A stretch of 64,000 nt of DNA from Aplysia californica. Its lineage: Eukaryota. Location: NCBI RefSeq assembly GCF_000002075.1, contig NW_004797431.1, positions 256,992 through 320,991 on the forward strand, in the 5' to 3' direction. The position numbers were made by a program, and so were the translations under genes. Position 1 is the first letter of the stretch. The number at the start of each line of letters is the position of its first letter. The notes beneath the pieces are model-generated. The model saw only the letters and a program-made list of their open reading frames with translations, was not told where the DNA came from and ran no database searches. Below are positions 1 to 13,000 of this stretch, one piece after another.

Positions 1-465
1 TGAAGTGGGCAGTATTGGAAGTATGAAGACCTTGTCATATTTTACAAAAACAAAACAAAAACCAAATTTAATTATACGGCATTAACAACAGGGTAATCCT
101 TGATCTTAGTACAAACTGTAAAAACTAAATTATTAAATTGTTCTGTCTATGAAACTATTTATTTAGTCACGAAATTAAAAGATTTTTTACAAATTTTGTT
201 TCGGTGAGTGTCAAAATGTTTTACTTTTTAGTTTTACTTTTTAATTATATTATTAATCAAACAATCTTTTGTCAAATAATATTAGTTTCTAGGAGACATA
301 TATGCAGCAAACAAAAGTGCAAGAATATAATTCTATTTTTCAGTGCACTAGTTAAAAAGAATTATGCAATGAATTCGTTCTAGTCTCACATTAGAGGCCT
401 TAATTATTATTCTCCATTAACTATTTCAACGTTTAATGTGCTATTAGATGAAATAACCGGGGCAC

Positions 466-492
466 ATCTCCTTAACAACGCGCCATGACAAC
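466..492 (+). promoter_or_regulatory. Tandem X-box (RFX)-like motifs
   Basis: ATCTCCTTAACAAC (466-479) fits RYYNYYWWRRNRAC; CGCGCCATGACAAC (479-492) has a strong CCATGACAAC half site. They lie about 215-240 nt upstream of the ATG in a CpG-richer patch of a ciliary gene. Confidence 0.6.
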
Positions 493-706
493 ACAAGCAC
501 CGACTTTGGACGGGCACTAGGCCTCCGGGATTCCTGAGCTGGCAGTTGTACATTTTGTAGTGGTGTTTTCAAATTTCGAGAAAAATTGCCGCATCCGTGG
601 CATTTTTGGGGCTTTTCAAATGGTGTTGATCTGATCGGAGGATTGATACCAATACCACAAATACCGTGACTTTCTCTTGAGGAAAGTTTTTCAAACGGTG
701 AGCAAA

Positions 707-1063
707 ATGGCGAGTGAACTTGAGATTGGAGACTCGCGAGTTGAGTTTATTGCTGATTATGTACTCAAAACACTCAAAGTTAAGCCTGACAAATGGACCA
801 AAATGTACAGTTTGGACGAGAACAAACAGCTGTTTATGGACTTTTTCGACAAACAAGAGCTGAACACGCTGGTTGTCATTGCCACCTCTGCAGGAGGACT
901 GAATGTACAGTATGAGTGGCCTGCCAACCCAAAAGCTAAAGCTTGCTACTTTGTGAAGAGGTCAAGAGACCCTGTACAAAAAGATACAGTCCTCAGGAAT
1001 GCCCTCCTATATGGTGATCTCTCTTTGTCACCACTTGACCAATTATCTGCTTTCGTTGATGAG
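707..1063 (+). CDS. Dynein HC exon 1
   Basis: aaaATGG start; MASELEIGD...SAFVDE; donor gtgagc. Confidence 0.92.
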
Positions 1064-4000
1064 GTGAGCTCATTGTGTGTGTCCAAACATGTGTATTGTG
1101 TATTTGCAAATTATATCTGTATGTTGGCATTTGTAAAAGGATATCCATGTTTATTATCTGATGGCAGTCATATACTAAATGCATAGAGCCTGCTGTTGAG
1201 CGGGGATATGCCCTATACAAATGCTATCTATTATTATTTTATTAATTCTGTAGGATATACATTTGTCTATAGTAGTTTCTAATATCATTTACATTTTTAA
1301 AAATGTTTTAAATGAACAGTCTACATCAAGTGATTATCTTCAGACTAAGGAAACAACACACAAGACTGAGACAACATATGTACAAATGTTTTAAACTAGT
1401 ACAATCACCAAAATGCCAGTGTGGAGAGGCGGACCAAACTGTTGAACACATCCTTCAGCACTGCAAGACACACAGGGCCCTGAGACAGGAAACGTGGCCA
1501 ACCCCACTGACGCTACAAGAGAAGCTATACGGGCCGCCAGATGAACTGAGCAGGACGGCCCACTTTATGACAGATACCGAACTTCAAGTGTGATGCAATC
1601 GAGAAGAAGAAGAAGAACAGTCTACATAACAATCATTGTCATTTTTAATCAGTTACATCCACAGCCTGCTTAAGTCACTTGAGAAAGTACAGAACCGCTT
1701 TTTCAGTGGCTGCATGATACATAATCTCTATAAGGCCTACCATAAAATATTTTTTCAAGCACGTTGCAACTGATTTTGTTCCCAGGTTCTTGTTCCTTTG
1801 CTGTCCAATGAACGGAATCATGACCAGTGGCCAAAAGTTGTGTCTCAAGACGTCACTCGTCATGTTCACAACCTGAAGAGCAATGTGTATGTCGTGTCTG
1901 GCCAGGCAAAAGGGAAGACACTTTTGCCACTTCCTGTTGGAGCAGAAAGAGTGGAGAATGCTGGAGAAGGTGAAAAGTAAGTCAAATGAAAAAAAGTGGT
2001 GAGACTTCTCTCATAATGTTGAATCAAAACACATGAGGACTGATAATACTTTTACACATATTATTTTCAACCCTTGAAACACTGATGTTAGCAAAGAAAA
2101 AGGCATAGCAAAAACAGTAACCTTTCTTCTATGAAAGGCTTTCCCACGCCTCTTTTTGGAAGCATTAATTTATTGGGAGTAGTCTGTTTTTCTCACTTAA
2201 CAGGGCTCAATATCTTCATTTTTTTTCTCCATATATGTTTCTATTTTGTAACTGTTTTGAAAGAATACCAAATACGTTTATTTTTACAGAGAAACATATG
2301 ACCGCAGCTTGGTCCATGCCATTGAGTCTGTTATCATTGAGTGGACTCACCAGATCAGAGATGTCCTCAAGCGTGATTCTGTCCAGCCCTTGCTGGAGGG
2401 GCTCAACCCATCTCCATTTGTGGAAATTAAATTCTGGGAAAACAAGGCTCAGAATCTTGAGTGCATTTATGAACAGGTAAGTACAGTAGTCTCGGCATAA
2501 GATCCTGCTGCTTACAGTGCCAGTTTGCTTAAAATCCCACTGCTTTAAGAAAACAGAATTTATACTATAAAAAGTCACCCCTAAGATCCTGCTCTGATTC
2601 ACTCTGAGTTCTATATTTGGTTAAGATCCCGCAATTTAAATCATAATTTATGGACAAAAACCAGGGTGGGCACTGCGGATCAATCAAGAGTGAAAATTTG
2701 CGGTTATTGAACTGCCCATCGTGTCACAGATCAACCACTCTTGTGAATGTGATGGCATGTGCGTTGTAAAACTCTATGAAATGATACAATATGTTCGCCT
2801 GAGATGGGATCACACCATGGTGTGAACTTGCCAACACGTTTGTTATTCCCCAACATCACTCTCACATCTTAGCTCTGCGCCTAAACTTACATCACTCGTT
2901 GGGTGGGTAAGGCCTACGAGTTCTCTCCAGGCAGGATCACATCGAACTGTGAACTCTTCCCTGACCATTGCAAGAGTTGTCTCTTCCCCCGAAGTTGCGA
3001 GACTGACTGAATTTTAATTGGTGTGGTCACAACAAAATAGTGCATATGGGCAAAGGCAGGGGAACTCTGTCAGAGAAGGAAAGCAATAAATTTTGGACAG
3101 GTAAAGGGAGGGGACAACTGGATAAGCATATATCTTGAGACTCACAATGAATAATAAGGGAAAATGGCATGCCTTATGCCACTGTGATAGGTAATCAAGG
3201 TTAACAATTCTTTGCTCGCCATATGTCATAAACCCACCCAGGGGTCACGCCAGTTCATTTTAGAGTAAAGGAAGCAAATGTTCCCAGTTATGGGCCTCAA
3301 TACAAGTCACTGTAGATTCTTCCCTTGATGCGTCACCCAAGATCCTGTTCGCCTAAGATCCCACAATTTTCTTGCTCCCTAGCACCAGGATCTTAGGTAC
3401 AGACTACTGTACAACACTCAACTTACTGTTTTCAAACGATTAATTTACTTTTGTAGCCTTTAGATATTTACCTCATTTCAAAGTTACTCATAAGCCCTGT
3501 CCATGTGGGGTCAAGGTTTTTTCTATTTCTTTGAGCCTATATATCCTCATTGATTTTTTTCTTCTAGCACTTTTCTATACCTTCAACAGGCTTTTAAAGT
3601 CACCTTTTCATAATCAAGAACTGTGTCTCTCCATTTTAGAAGCAAAAGAGGCTTGACATAAATGATACTTTGTTTGCGTAATGTCTTAAGCATTGTAACA
3701 TATAAAGAAGGACTTAAAGCACATAGTTGTTCGTTAATAAAAAGAGCAGAGACATACTACGTTACAGCTTACAACCATATCCATTCTTTCCACAGCTCAG
3801 GGATCCAAAGGTGAGAAAGATGGCAGAACTTTTAGAACGTGCAAACAGCAGTTATTTCCCATCTTTCAAGAACATCTTCCGTGATGTTGTTGCAGGTCAG
3901 TTTTGATATTTTTAGTGGTCTGTAATTGTTTTATGAAATGTTTATGTTTGTTTACCAGGAAACTGCAATATATTTATATCTTTACTGGATGTTAAATGTT

Positions 4001-7000
4001 GGCTACTGAGCTAAATGCTTGTCTGCTGAAAAAAAACTTTCAGTTTTTGAAGATAAATTGTCCTATCCCAGAGAATTATTTATCAAGAAAATGACTGGTT
4101 AACTAAACTGTTGCAATTGCATTCTTTTTTTTAACTGCGCTGAATCTTTTAATGAGGATTGTTAAAGGCTTGTCTACTTGGAGCACACCTTGATATATTT
4201 CAAATCCCTCCCCTGTTCCTCCCTTCTCTAAAACATTGTTCTTGATCTTAAGCTATAGCAGTGGTCCTTTCTTCAGATTGTACAGGAATAGGTTTAGAGC
4301 ATGCCACATGAAAGGTTGATTTCAGAATTATGCTTATTTATCATGTCTCATCTTACAATATCTAACTTTTTCTTATCGTATCTCATTTCATATATATATA
4401 TATATATATATCTAAACTACCCAATATTATTTCATTGTGTGATTTCTTATTGCCTTATATACTTTCCTTATCTTATGTGTCTTTTTATATTATCTCACCT
4501 TAATTTTTCTTTGGGGGCTCTCTCGATCTAGAGGTAAGGTGTTCTTTTCTCATTCAATAAGTTCCTAGTTTAAACCCTGCTCTCTAACCATGTCCTATCG
4601 TCTGCTTTTGTCTCCACTTTTTGCCCCCCTCCCCTCTCTTTTGTCCCCTCCTCTGGACTCCTGACTCTTTCTGCAGCCTGTTTTACTGCTACTCCTTGGC
4701 TCCTTCTTACTGCTGTCTTTCAGCCACACTCCTGATCTTAGGGTAAATCTAACACCTAGCCTTCTCAGATAATGGCAAAAAAATCACGGGGGTCCTGTGA
4801 GCAAGTTGTGCATGTTAAAGATCCCTTGGTGCACCTAAAATTGATAAAAATAAGGCTTCAGCCGCCACCTGGGCAAAATTAAAGATTAATTCTTTCCAAA
4901 CTGAAAATGCCTATGAACGTATCCTGTCCGCTCATATGACCTTATGCAGGTGCGAGCGCCGTAAAACACTTTTTTTTAAAATTGTTTTGAACTTTTCTTT
5001 TTGTGACGATATTTATTCTTGCCTTATTCCTATCTTAATTTATCTTGTCTTTCCCTTTCTTATCATAATCCTGGATGTACTCAGCGCTGACGGAGGCCCA
5101 GGACATCAATATGCACCTGAAGCCGCTGAGACACCAGCTGGAGGATCTAGAGCAGGCCGAGTTTGATGAGTCAGCAAAACTGATGGCTCCTATGATGCAC
5201 ACTGTCTGCTTGGTGTGGACACACTCAAACTACTACAACACACCGGCTCGTATCATCGTGCTCCTGCAGGAGATCTGTAACTTGATCATCGAAATGGTGA
5301 GTTATGATTTTGGCTAGAAATAGAGAGAATCAAACCTTAAATTTTCTGTATTGGTATCTCTCAGGTTTCTTTTTAAGATATTAGTAAGTAAACTATGGCA
5401 AGTCATGTTTTTTCAAATTTTACAGGAGTCACAAAAAAAAAACGGATTTTCTTGAAGCTGTTTGGGTAGATAAATTTCATTTTCATAAAGAAGCCTATAA
5501 ATGACAGACTTTAGGTTCCTTTATGAAATGAAGTTTATCCACCAAAAAATGTAATTTATATCATCAAATTGACGTGGAGGATGGCAGCACCCTGGGCTTT
5601 AAAAAATGTATCCAGGACAGTGATAAAATTATTTCTAACTCAGTATGGTTTCAAACTTTGAACAAATGCAAAGTGAATTAAGTTTGTAACTCGAGACACC
5701 TCGGTAGATATGAAAGTCCTTTGTGAAAATCAATAACAGATACCTTTTCCTGCCTCATCTTATCGTATTTAAAAAAATATATTTTACTTTTATTTTCACA
5801 GGCCAGGAACTTTCTGGCTCCCGATGAACTCTTCAAAGGAGAAGTGGAAGAAGTGATTGGCAAAGTGCGTAAGTCCTGTGAGGTCTTGGCAGCATTCCGG
5901 ACAGCCTATGATGACCACAAGATCAAGCTGGCCTCCTATTTCAAGGATGGAAAGGAGGCACGGGAGTGGGAGTTTGCCCCAGAACTTGTTTTTGCTCGCT
6001 ACACAAAGTTCCATGAAAGAGTTGAGACCGTCAAGGTAATCTTGATAAGGAAATTTATATAGTCATTTTATCTGTTGTTTGAATGCTTTTTTTTATCTCT
6101 ATTCATATCTCTAAAAGTCATTGTTGTTGTTGCCATTGATGTTGTAACTCATCATGTTACACATTGTATGTAATGAATACATAGATCTATTTTAAAATAA
6201 GAATTTGAGTTCAGTGTTTTTAATTATTGTTCAAATTATTTAAAGAAATATTCATTTTCTGTTGCTGAAATAGTTGCAAATATGCTGCTATAGGTCAGTC
6301 ACAGTTTTGACTTCTACTGTTCTGGAGTAAAGCTGTCATTATTAGGAAAAATCAATTATATTTCTCGATAGGTTAGAAGTCGCAGCTTCAAAGTCAGCTA
6401 AACAAAAAAGGAAGAATAATGTAGGTTTTCATTGCAAAGAATTGATAACAACATTTTTCCCTGTCTTCCCAACAAATTGCTACAGGAACTGATGGAAGCT
6501 GCTCAGGAATTCTACAAACTAGAGAAAATTGAGCTGGGAGGAATTCAGGGAAAGCAACTTAGCTCCCAAGTACAGAACATTTTCACTGAGTTCAACGAGC
6601 AGTACAAGGTGTTCTCTGAGAGGTCCTATGACTGTCTGGACACCAGCAGTGATGTAAGGAACTTCTGTTGTATTTTTGTCTTAGCTAGAGTTTTGTGGCA
6701 CTTGCAACACAATGATACCTGCAATTATGTATGAGAAGCTGATAGTATGTTATGATGTTTGTTGACTTTTTTTTTATGATCAACATTTCAAACTTCTTAG
6801 TTGTGTTGGAAGCATCAACTGCATCTAGTAATGATTTTTTTTTTTTCCTTCTATACATATCTACTAGTTAAGCCAGGTTTTGAATGCTTGCAGGAATGCA
6901 GATGGAGAGGGCCTACTGAAGCTAGATTAATTTGTGAGGCATCGTGGTGAAATTAGGCGCTCGTCAAAATAATGAAATCGAAAAAAAACGGCATTTTTTT

Positions 7001-10000
7001 TTCCCTATGCAATTTTTGATGAATTTTTATTTTTTGGCTCAACATCTTTTATGTCCTTTAAAAATACATTGCTGTATGGATTTTACTGAAAAACGTTGAT
7101 TAAAGACACAGAAAATGTAAATTTGCAGTTTCCAAGGACTCTAAAGCATTAGAAGTCACCAAACTTTGGCGGCCATTTTCTCATTAATTTTACCTCTGAA
7201 ACAAGGCGACCGCCCACCTCCTTCAATTACATATATCTCGATTTCTATTGAAGATAAATGGGTACTTTTTTCACCAAAAGCAAGACAATTAAACAAGCAT
7301 TAAGATAATAACATTAACTCCACATGTCCAAAAATTGACAAGTGCCTGATTCCACCGCGTCGTGACACATTTTTCCTGAGACTCCCTATGTTGTAGGATG
7401 TGAAATTTGTAAACATTATGAATGTTTCAACAGGCCCATTTACTGTCACAACAATTACTTTATTGCAAGAATAAGCCAGTTGTCTTTTTAAAAACTAGTT
7501 ATAGATTCTTTCCATCACTTTCACCATTAATGGTGAGTTGAGAATTTTTATTTTTTAATCACCTTGACTTTGATTTTTTTTTTTTTAAAAGAAACAAAGA
7601 GATATGAAGACTGTGACTGTTAGAAAATTTTTTGAAATCTTTTTAATGTATTTGTACCGTACGCTTCCTAGGAAGTTGAGATTGTTTCAGAATACTATCA
7701 TGTCTGCTGGGATAATAATGTAGATTGCGAAGTGCATAGAGTTTGCTTTTGAATGGGAATTTACACTTTACAAATACTGTCTATTATTATTATCTTTTTG
7801 TGATTAGCAGATGCATTACTATCCGATCCCATCATTATTTTTAAAACATAAAGTTCCTTCCTGAAACGAAATGTAATGTAGTAAATAATGCTTTTCCCTT
7901 TTGTCATTAACAGGAATTTGTTGAAGATTATCACCAGTTCTTGGAAAAGATTGCAGACTTTGACAGAAGATTGGCCACCATCATCTGTCAGGGTTTTGAC
8001 GATTGTTCAGGGTTGGAGTCTGTCTTTAAGGTAAATTAGATTTTGTTTAGTTTTCCCAGATGATTCACAAGATACACATGAATGTGAGCAACATCTATTT
8101 CTTTTGGAGACTTGTTAGTTTGAAGAAAGTATTTTGATCAAACCTTATGCAGTAATCTTTCTTCAACTTTTACTGACATCTCTTGTAAATGTCTTTGATG
8201 GTTAAGCTTTTGGATTTTGCTTACAAAAGACTTTAATTTAATTCCCATATGGGAAAGTCTTATTTTTTCAAAGTGTATCCATGATCTTTTTACTGAGATG
8301 GTGTATTCCACTCAGACCAGGCAGGATTAATTTTCCTCATAAATATTTCAAATTGTGTCAATGGGAGTGTTAAACATTTTCAGCCATTTTGATACATCTT
8401 GAAAGTTTTTTAAGTGGACTCATGATAGATTTCATGAACCATGTTTTGTTTTTTTACCGCAAATCAACTGCTTAGTGTAAGACTCCGCTGTACTCCATTT
8501 TAAAAAGTGACATACGACGGAGTCTTACATTGAACAATCGGAATAAAGCAGGATAGTGTTTTATTTCATAAATAGTAGAAAGAATTGTATGCTGTGGGAA
8601 TGTTGCAATTTATCTATTATCTATTTGTGGTGGCCGAATTTTGCTATTCAAAAGACTTTTTAATGGCTGCATCGATCAACATGCGGTTTTCGCCAAAAGA
8701 TTCTTTTAAATATTCTCCAGATCATGACGCCCTTCGTTTTTTCAGTTTTGAGACAGTTTTACTGCAAAAAGCTAAATTTCTTTATTTCGCTGATCGCTTT
8801 TGTAGGCCGATGCTTCTGTCTCTGTAATTTTAGAAAATCCGCCAGGTTTATTTCAAGTCGTACTTTCGTTCGATACTATCGCGCATTGTCGCGCAATACT
8901 GAGCACTATTTCAAGTGTGCGACCCGAATAGATCTAGTCTCATGTTTTCTTTTTTTTTACTTGGTGCTAAATTCGACTGTGATCCTTTCGTTTGATACCC
9001 ATCATCGCTTTTTCCTGACCCCTTTGTCAAATTCTTTTTCTTGCTACTCTCATGGGAACAACGTTCTTCAACAGGTCTTAGATTAGAATCTAGATCTAGA
9101 TAGCGCCTGACCATGCCAAAAAGAAAGCGACATTCTGCAGTTGGAACCCCTCGCGCTCGCAAAGGTCGAGGTGGTATAGATCAACAACAAAAGGATGGGG
9201 ACTCTCTAGATCTAAATCTCCCAAAAGCAATCCTCTACAGTGTCAATTCGTTTCAGTACGAGTACAACATTGGGAAACTGACGACACAGTATACACACTG
9301 CCTGGCCTTAAGATTTCCATGAACCGATCATTCCTTTCATCGAAAGGGGGCCCAGCTAGTCCCTTTTATAAGTCAAGTAATAAACGACTTTGATTTTGTC
9401 ACAATTTTTATCATACTTCTTTGGCTTTTTTTCTATCAGCTGATAGACATCATGGGATCATTGCTTGAACGCCCACTGATCAAGAAGGACTTTGATGAGA
9501 AGTATCCAATTGTTGTGGACAGAATGCATAACATGCTGGATGAAGCAAAGCTGATGTATGACAGACAGGTAGGGAAGGCAAATCTCTCTTATTAAAACAG
9601 CATGGGTTGTCCTGATTTCTTATACACAGACAGGCTGAATGGGTGAGATTACTAACACTTAGCACCCAGAAATGTATGGTCGACAGGATTGCCTTCACAC
9701 AGACAGGTAGGGTGGGAGGATCATATATGTACACAGGTGGGTAGGAGGGGTTGATCATTTGTACACAGATGGGTAGGAAGGGGGATTCATTTATACACAG
9801 ACAGGTAGGATGGGTGTATTATTTATACACAGACAGGTAGGATGGGTGTATCATGAATATACACAGACAGATAGGAAGAGTGGATCACTAAAGCTCAGAC
9901 AGGTAGGAAGGATGGATCATTAATTAATATGCACAGACATGTAGGGTGGGAGGGTCATTTATACACATGTAGGAGGAAAGGGTGGATCATTTATACTCAG

Positions 10001-13000
10001 ACAGGTAAGGTGGGTGGATCATTTATACACAGACGGGTAGGATGGAGGGATCATTTATATGCAGACTGGTAGGGAGGGTGGATCATTTATACACAAACAG
10101 GTTGGGCGGATGGATCATTTATACATAAGCGGGTAGGGTGGTGGTTGATCATTTATATAGACAAGTAGGGTAGGTTAGTTTTCTGTCATATAGACAGAGG
10201 GCAGTTCCCAGTCATACAAACAGGTAGAGGGTGCAGGATCTCTTAGAAGCAGATGTATAGGATGGATGAGAGGTCATTTGAAACACAGATGAGTGATAAG
10301 ATTTTTCATCAAACACAGAATTACTTTTGTCTTTCTTGGTCATTTGCATGATAAGAGTAACTCATATTGCCACCTTGTACACCAGGATTGTAAATCAAAA
10401 AAGAAATTATTTGTATTTTTTGTTCAAGAAATCGTTTACTCTTTTTATTACAGATTTGAACTACACTTCAAAGAAATATTTCCTCCATCTGTTTATTCTG
10501 AATTTTAAGATTATGGTAAAGCTTATGAAGAATATTCTGCTCTAATGATGACAATCTTTCCACAACTTTTGTGGTAGAGCTCCTTATTTCTGTTGGTCTC
10601 TTCCACAGGTCCAGTCCAAACAGGAGACAGGCAAGAGTCCCATCCACAAGAACATGCCAAACATGACAGGATCCTTGAGGTGGTCAAGGGAGTTGGGAGA
10701 ACGGATCACTGCACCCATGTCAACCTACAAGCGGATGGAGCATCCGTATGTTAATCCACAAGCTCAGCATCTTTCTGCTTCTCAAGTTGTTTCCTTTTCT
10801 GTCTTTCTCTCTTTTTCTCTCCTTNNNNNNNNNNNNNNNNNNNNNNNNNNNNNNNNNNNNNNNNNNNNNNNNNNNNNNNNNNNNNNNNNNNNNNNNNNNN
10901 NNNNNNNNNNNNNNNNNNNNNNNNNNNNNNNNNNNNNNNNNNNNNNNNNNNNNNNNNNNNNNNNNNNNNNNNNNNNNNNNNNNNNNNNNNNNNNNNNNNN
11001 NNNNNNNNNNNNNNNNNNNNNNNNNNNNNNNNNNNNNNNNNNTTGTGTCATGCATTTCAACTGAAAGTAATAAAGATAGTTATTCAGCTACATGTAACTA
11101 AAACAGTCCTCAATCGGTAATCTAAAGGAGCTGTAGCAATTTACTGAGATTTTGGGGTTTGTTTGTTTTTTGTAACAGCTTTCTCATGCTAATCTTTTTT
11201 TTCCTTTCAGCATCATGGAGACAGATAATGCCAAATTGGTGTTCACCAAGTATGAGGAAATGATGAGTCTTCTCAACCAGTAAGTAATGAATCCCCCACT
11301 CCTTTTTCTCATATCCTCCTCTACTCTCTCTCCTCTTAAAAGTATCTCTTTCAAATGTATTAATTTTTCTTTAATTTTGCCTTGATCTTATTTTGATCTT
11401 AACTCTTTCCGGGCGTATCATGGTATATCGGCATGAGTCCACACCCCTTGCGGACATCACCGATATATCGGCTGTGATAGGGTGCCTCAGTATTGTTTCG
11501 TTTTAAAACGATCCGTCATTTATAATTACTTTATATTGCTATTGAAAAACTCGGAAATGATTTAGGAAACGAAAACATCAAGTTTCACTTTGTCAAAGCG
11601 TGGGTTTGGGGAAAAAAGAATGAATTAGTTCTTGCGGTCTTGCATCAACAAAACGATGTTACCGGCCTCAGTATGAATTTCATAACTCAAACAAAAATTG
11701 GAATATTGCTTTCAAATAAAAAGCTGCACATTCAGACATTTATGGATTATGCTCTTGGCCTGTATATGATAAGATAGATATGCTGATTTGCTTTCACATA
11801 TTTGGCGAATGTAATTTTTTCCATCAAAATGTACTTTTCTCATCGCCATCACCATTTCTAACCCTTCTAATGCATACTTATGTTTAAAATTAATACTTGT
11901 TTCATATCGGGATGTATTCCTCATTCAATTTCCTTCAATTTGATTTATCATATGTTATGTTTGGAGTGATGGTTATGCTTCTATGAAGTTATTTTGTACA
12001 CCATCTGCACAGCCAAATCGAGCCACAAGTTAATTATGTCTAGACCCAAAAAAAACTATGTGCGGAAAGAGTTAAAAATATTGTCATCAGTATGGAGTTT
12101 TTGCTATCATAATTTTTTTTGTCATCATATGGTCTAATGAGACTGGAACTTGTCTAAATCTGATTCCCATGAATGATTTAGCTAATTTAGTCTTTTCATG
12201 TACCCTATTTCTGAAATTGTGTGGACAAAGATATGCACAATTTTATGATAGGTTAAAATGAATTTGACCAGCATGCACATGACCAGTGATTTTATGAGTA
12301 GTTTGACTTATGAAGGGTTCAACACTTATGGCTTTTTTGTCTTTTCTAGGTGGGATCAGGACATCTATGATGAATGGACAAAGGGAGTTGACTCTGCTTG
12401 TAGCTTCAACCTCAGCCAGCCACTGCTTACCAGGAATGAGGAGTCGAACCTCATCTCCGTCAACTTTGACCCTCAGGTGAGTAGTAATGATATTCGGATA
12501 GGGTATTGAAAAATTAGAACCCTTACATCGTGATGTAGATGGTGAGTGAGCTACAACTGCATTGCTGAGACGAGTATTGCTAGCAAGTAGTGCGAACGAG
12601 CTTTAAAAAGTCACTTTTATTGTACATTCTAACATGGGTATAACTTTTCACTGATAGATAAAGGGTCTTGCAGGGTGCAATATATGAATTTGAATAGTTA
12701 AGTTAAAAAACGGGATTTTTTTCATGTATTTGTTTTGATAAGCAAGGAAGGGATATAATTTGCTCTTGTATTTTTGGGGGGGTTTAGCCTTGGTAAAAAT
12801 AAAATGGTGAGTGGAAAAGAGTGGGGGGGGGGGGGGGGGGGTCATGATGAGAAGGCAAGCATTTCTTGTCAAAGAGCATTTGATATTTTTGTAATCACAT
12901 ATAGTTCGGTAGGTGGTTGGAGGTTGTCTCCGGCAGACTCTGTTTTTAAAAATTATTTCTCTATTGTTTCTCTCTTTCAAGCCTGCTTTTTTTGTCAGGG

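Noticed and set aside
677-706. Upstream extension of exon 1 from the TTG at 677
   Set aside because: This is an alternative-start artefact of the ORF track. The first ATG, in good context (AAAATGG), is at 707.
5390-5707. Possible mariner-like terminus and other TE-like stretches (also 12525-12610, 20645-21110, 59750-60380)
   Set aside because: I could not find a matching second terminus or a second copy in the window.
9620-10290. CRISPR-like periodic array
   Set aside because: There are no unique spacers, the units are degenerate tandem copies, the context is a eukaryotic intron, and there are no cas genes.
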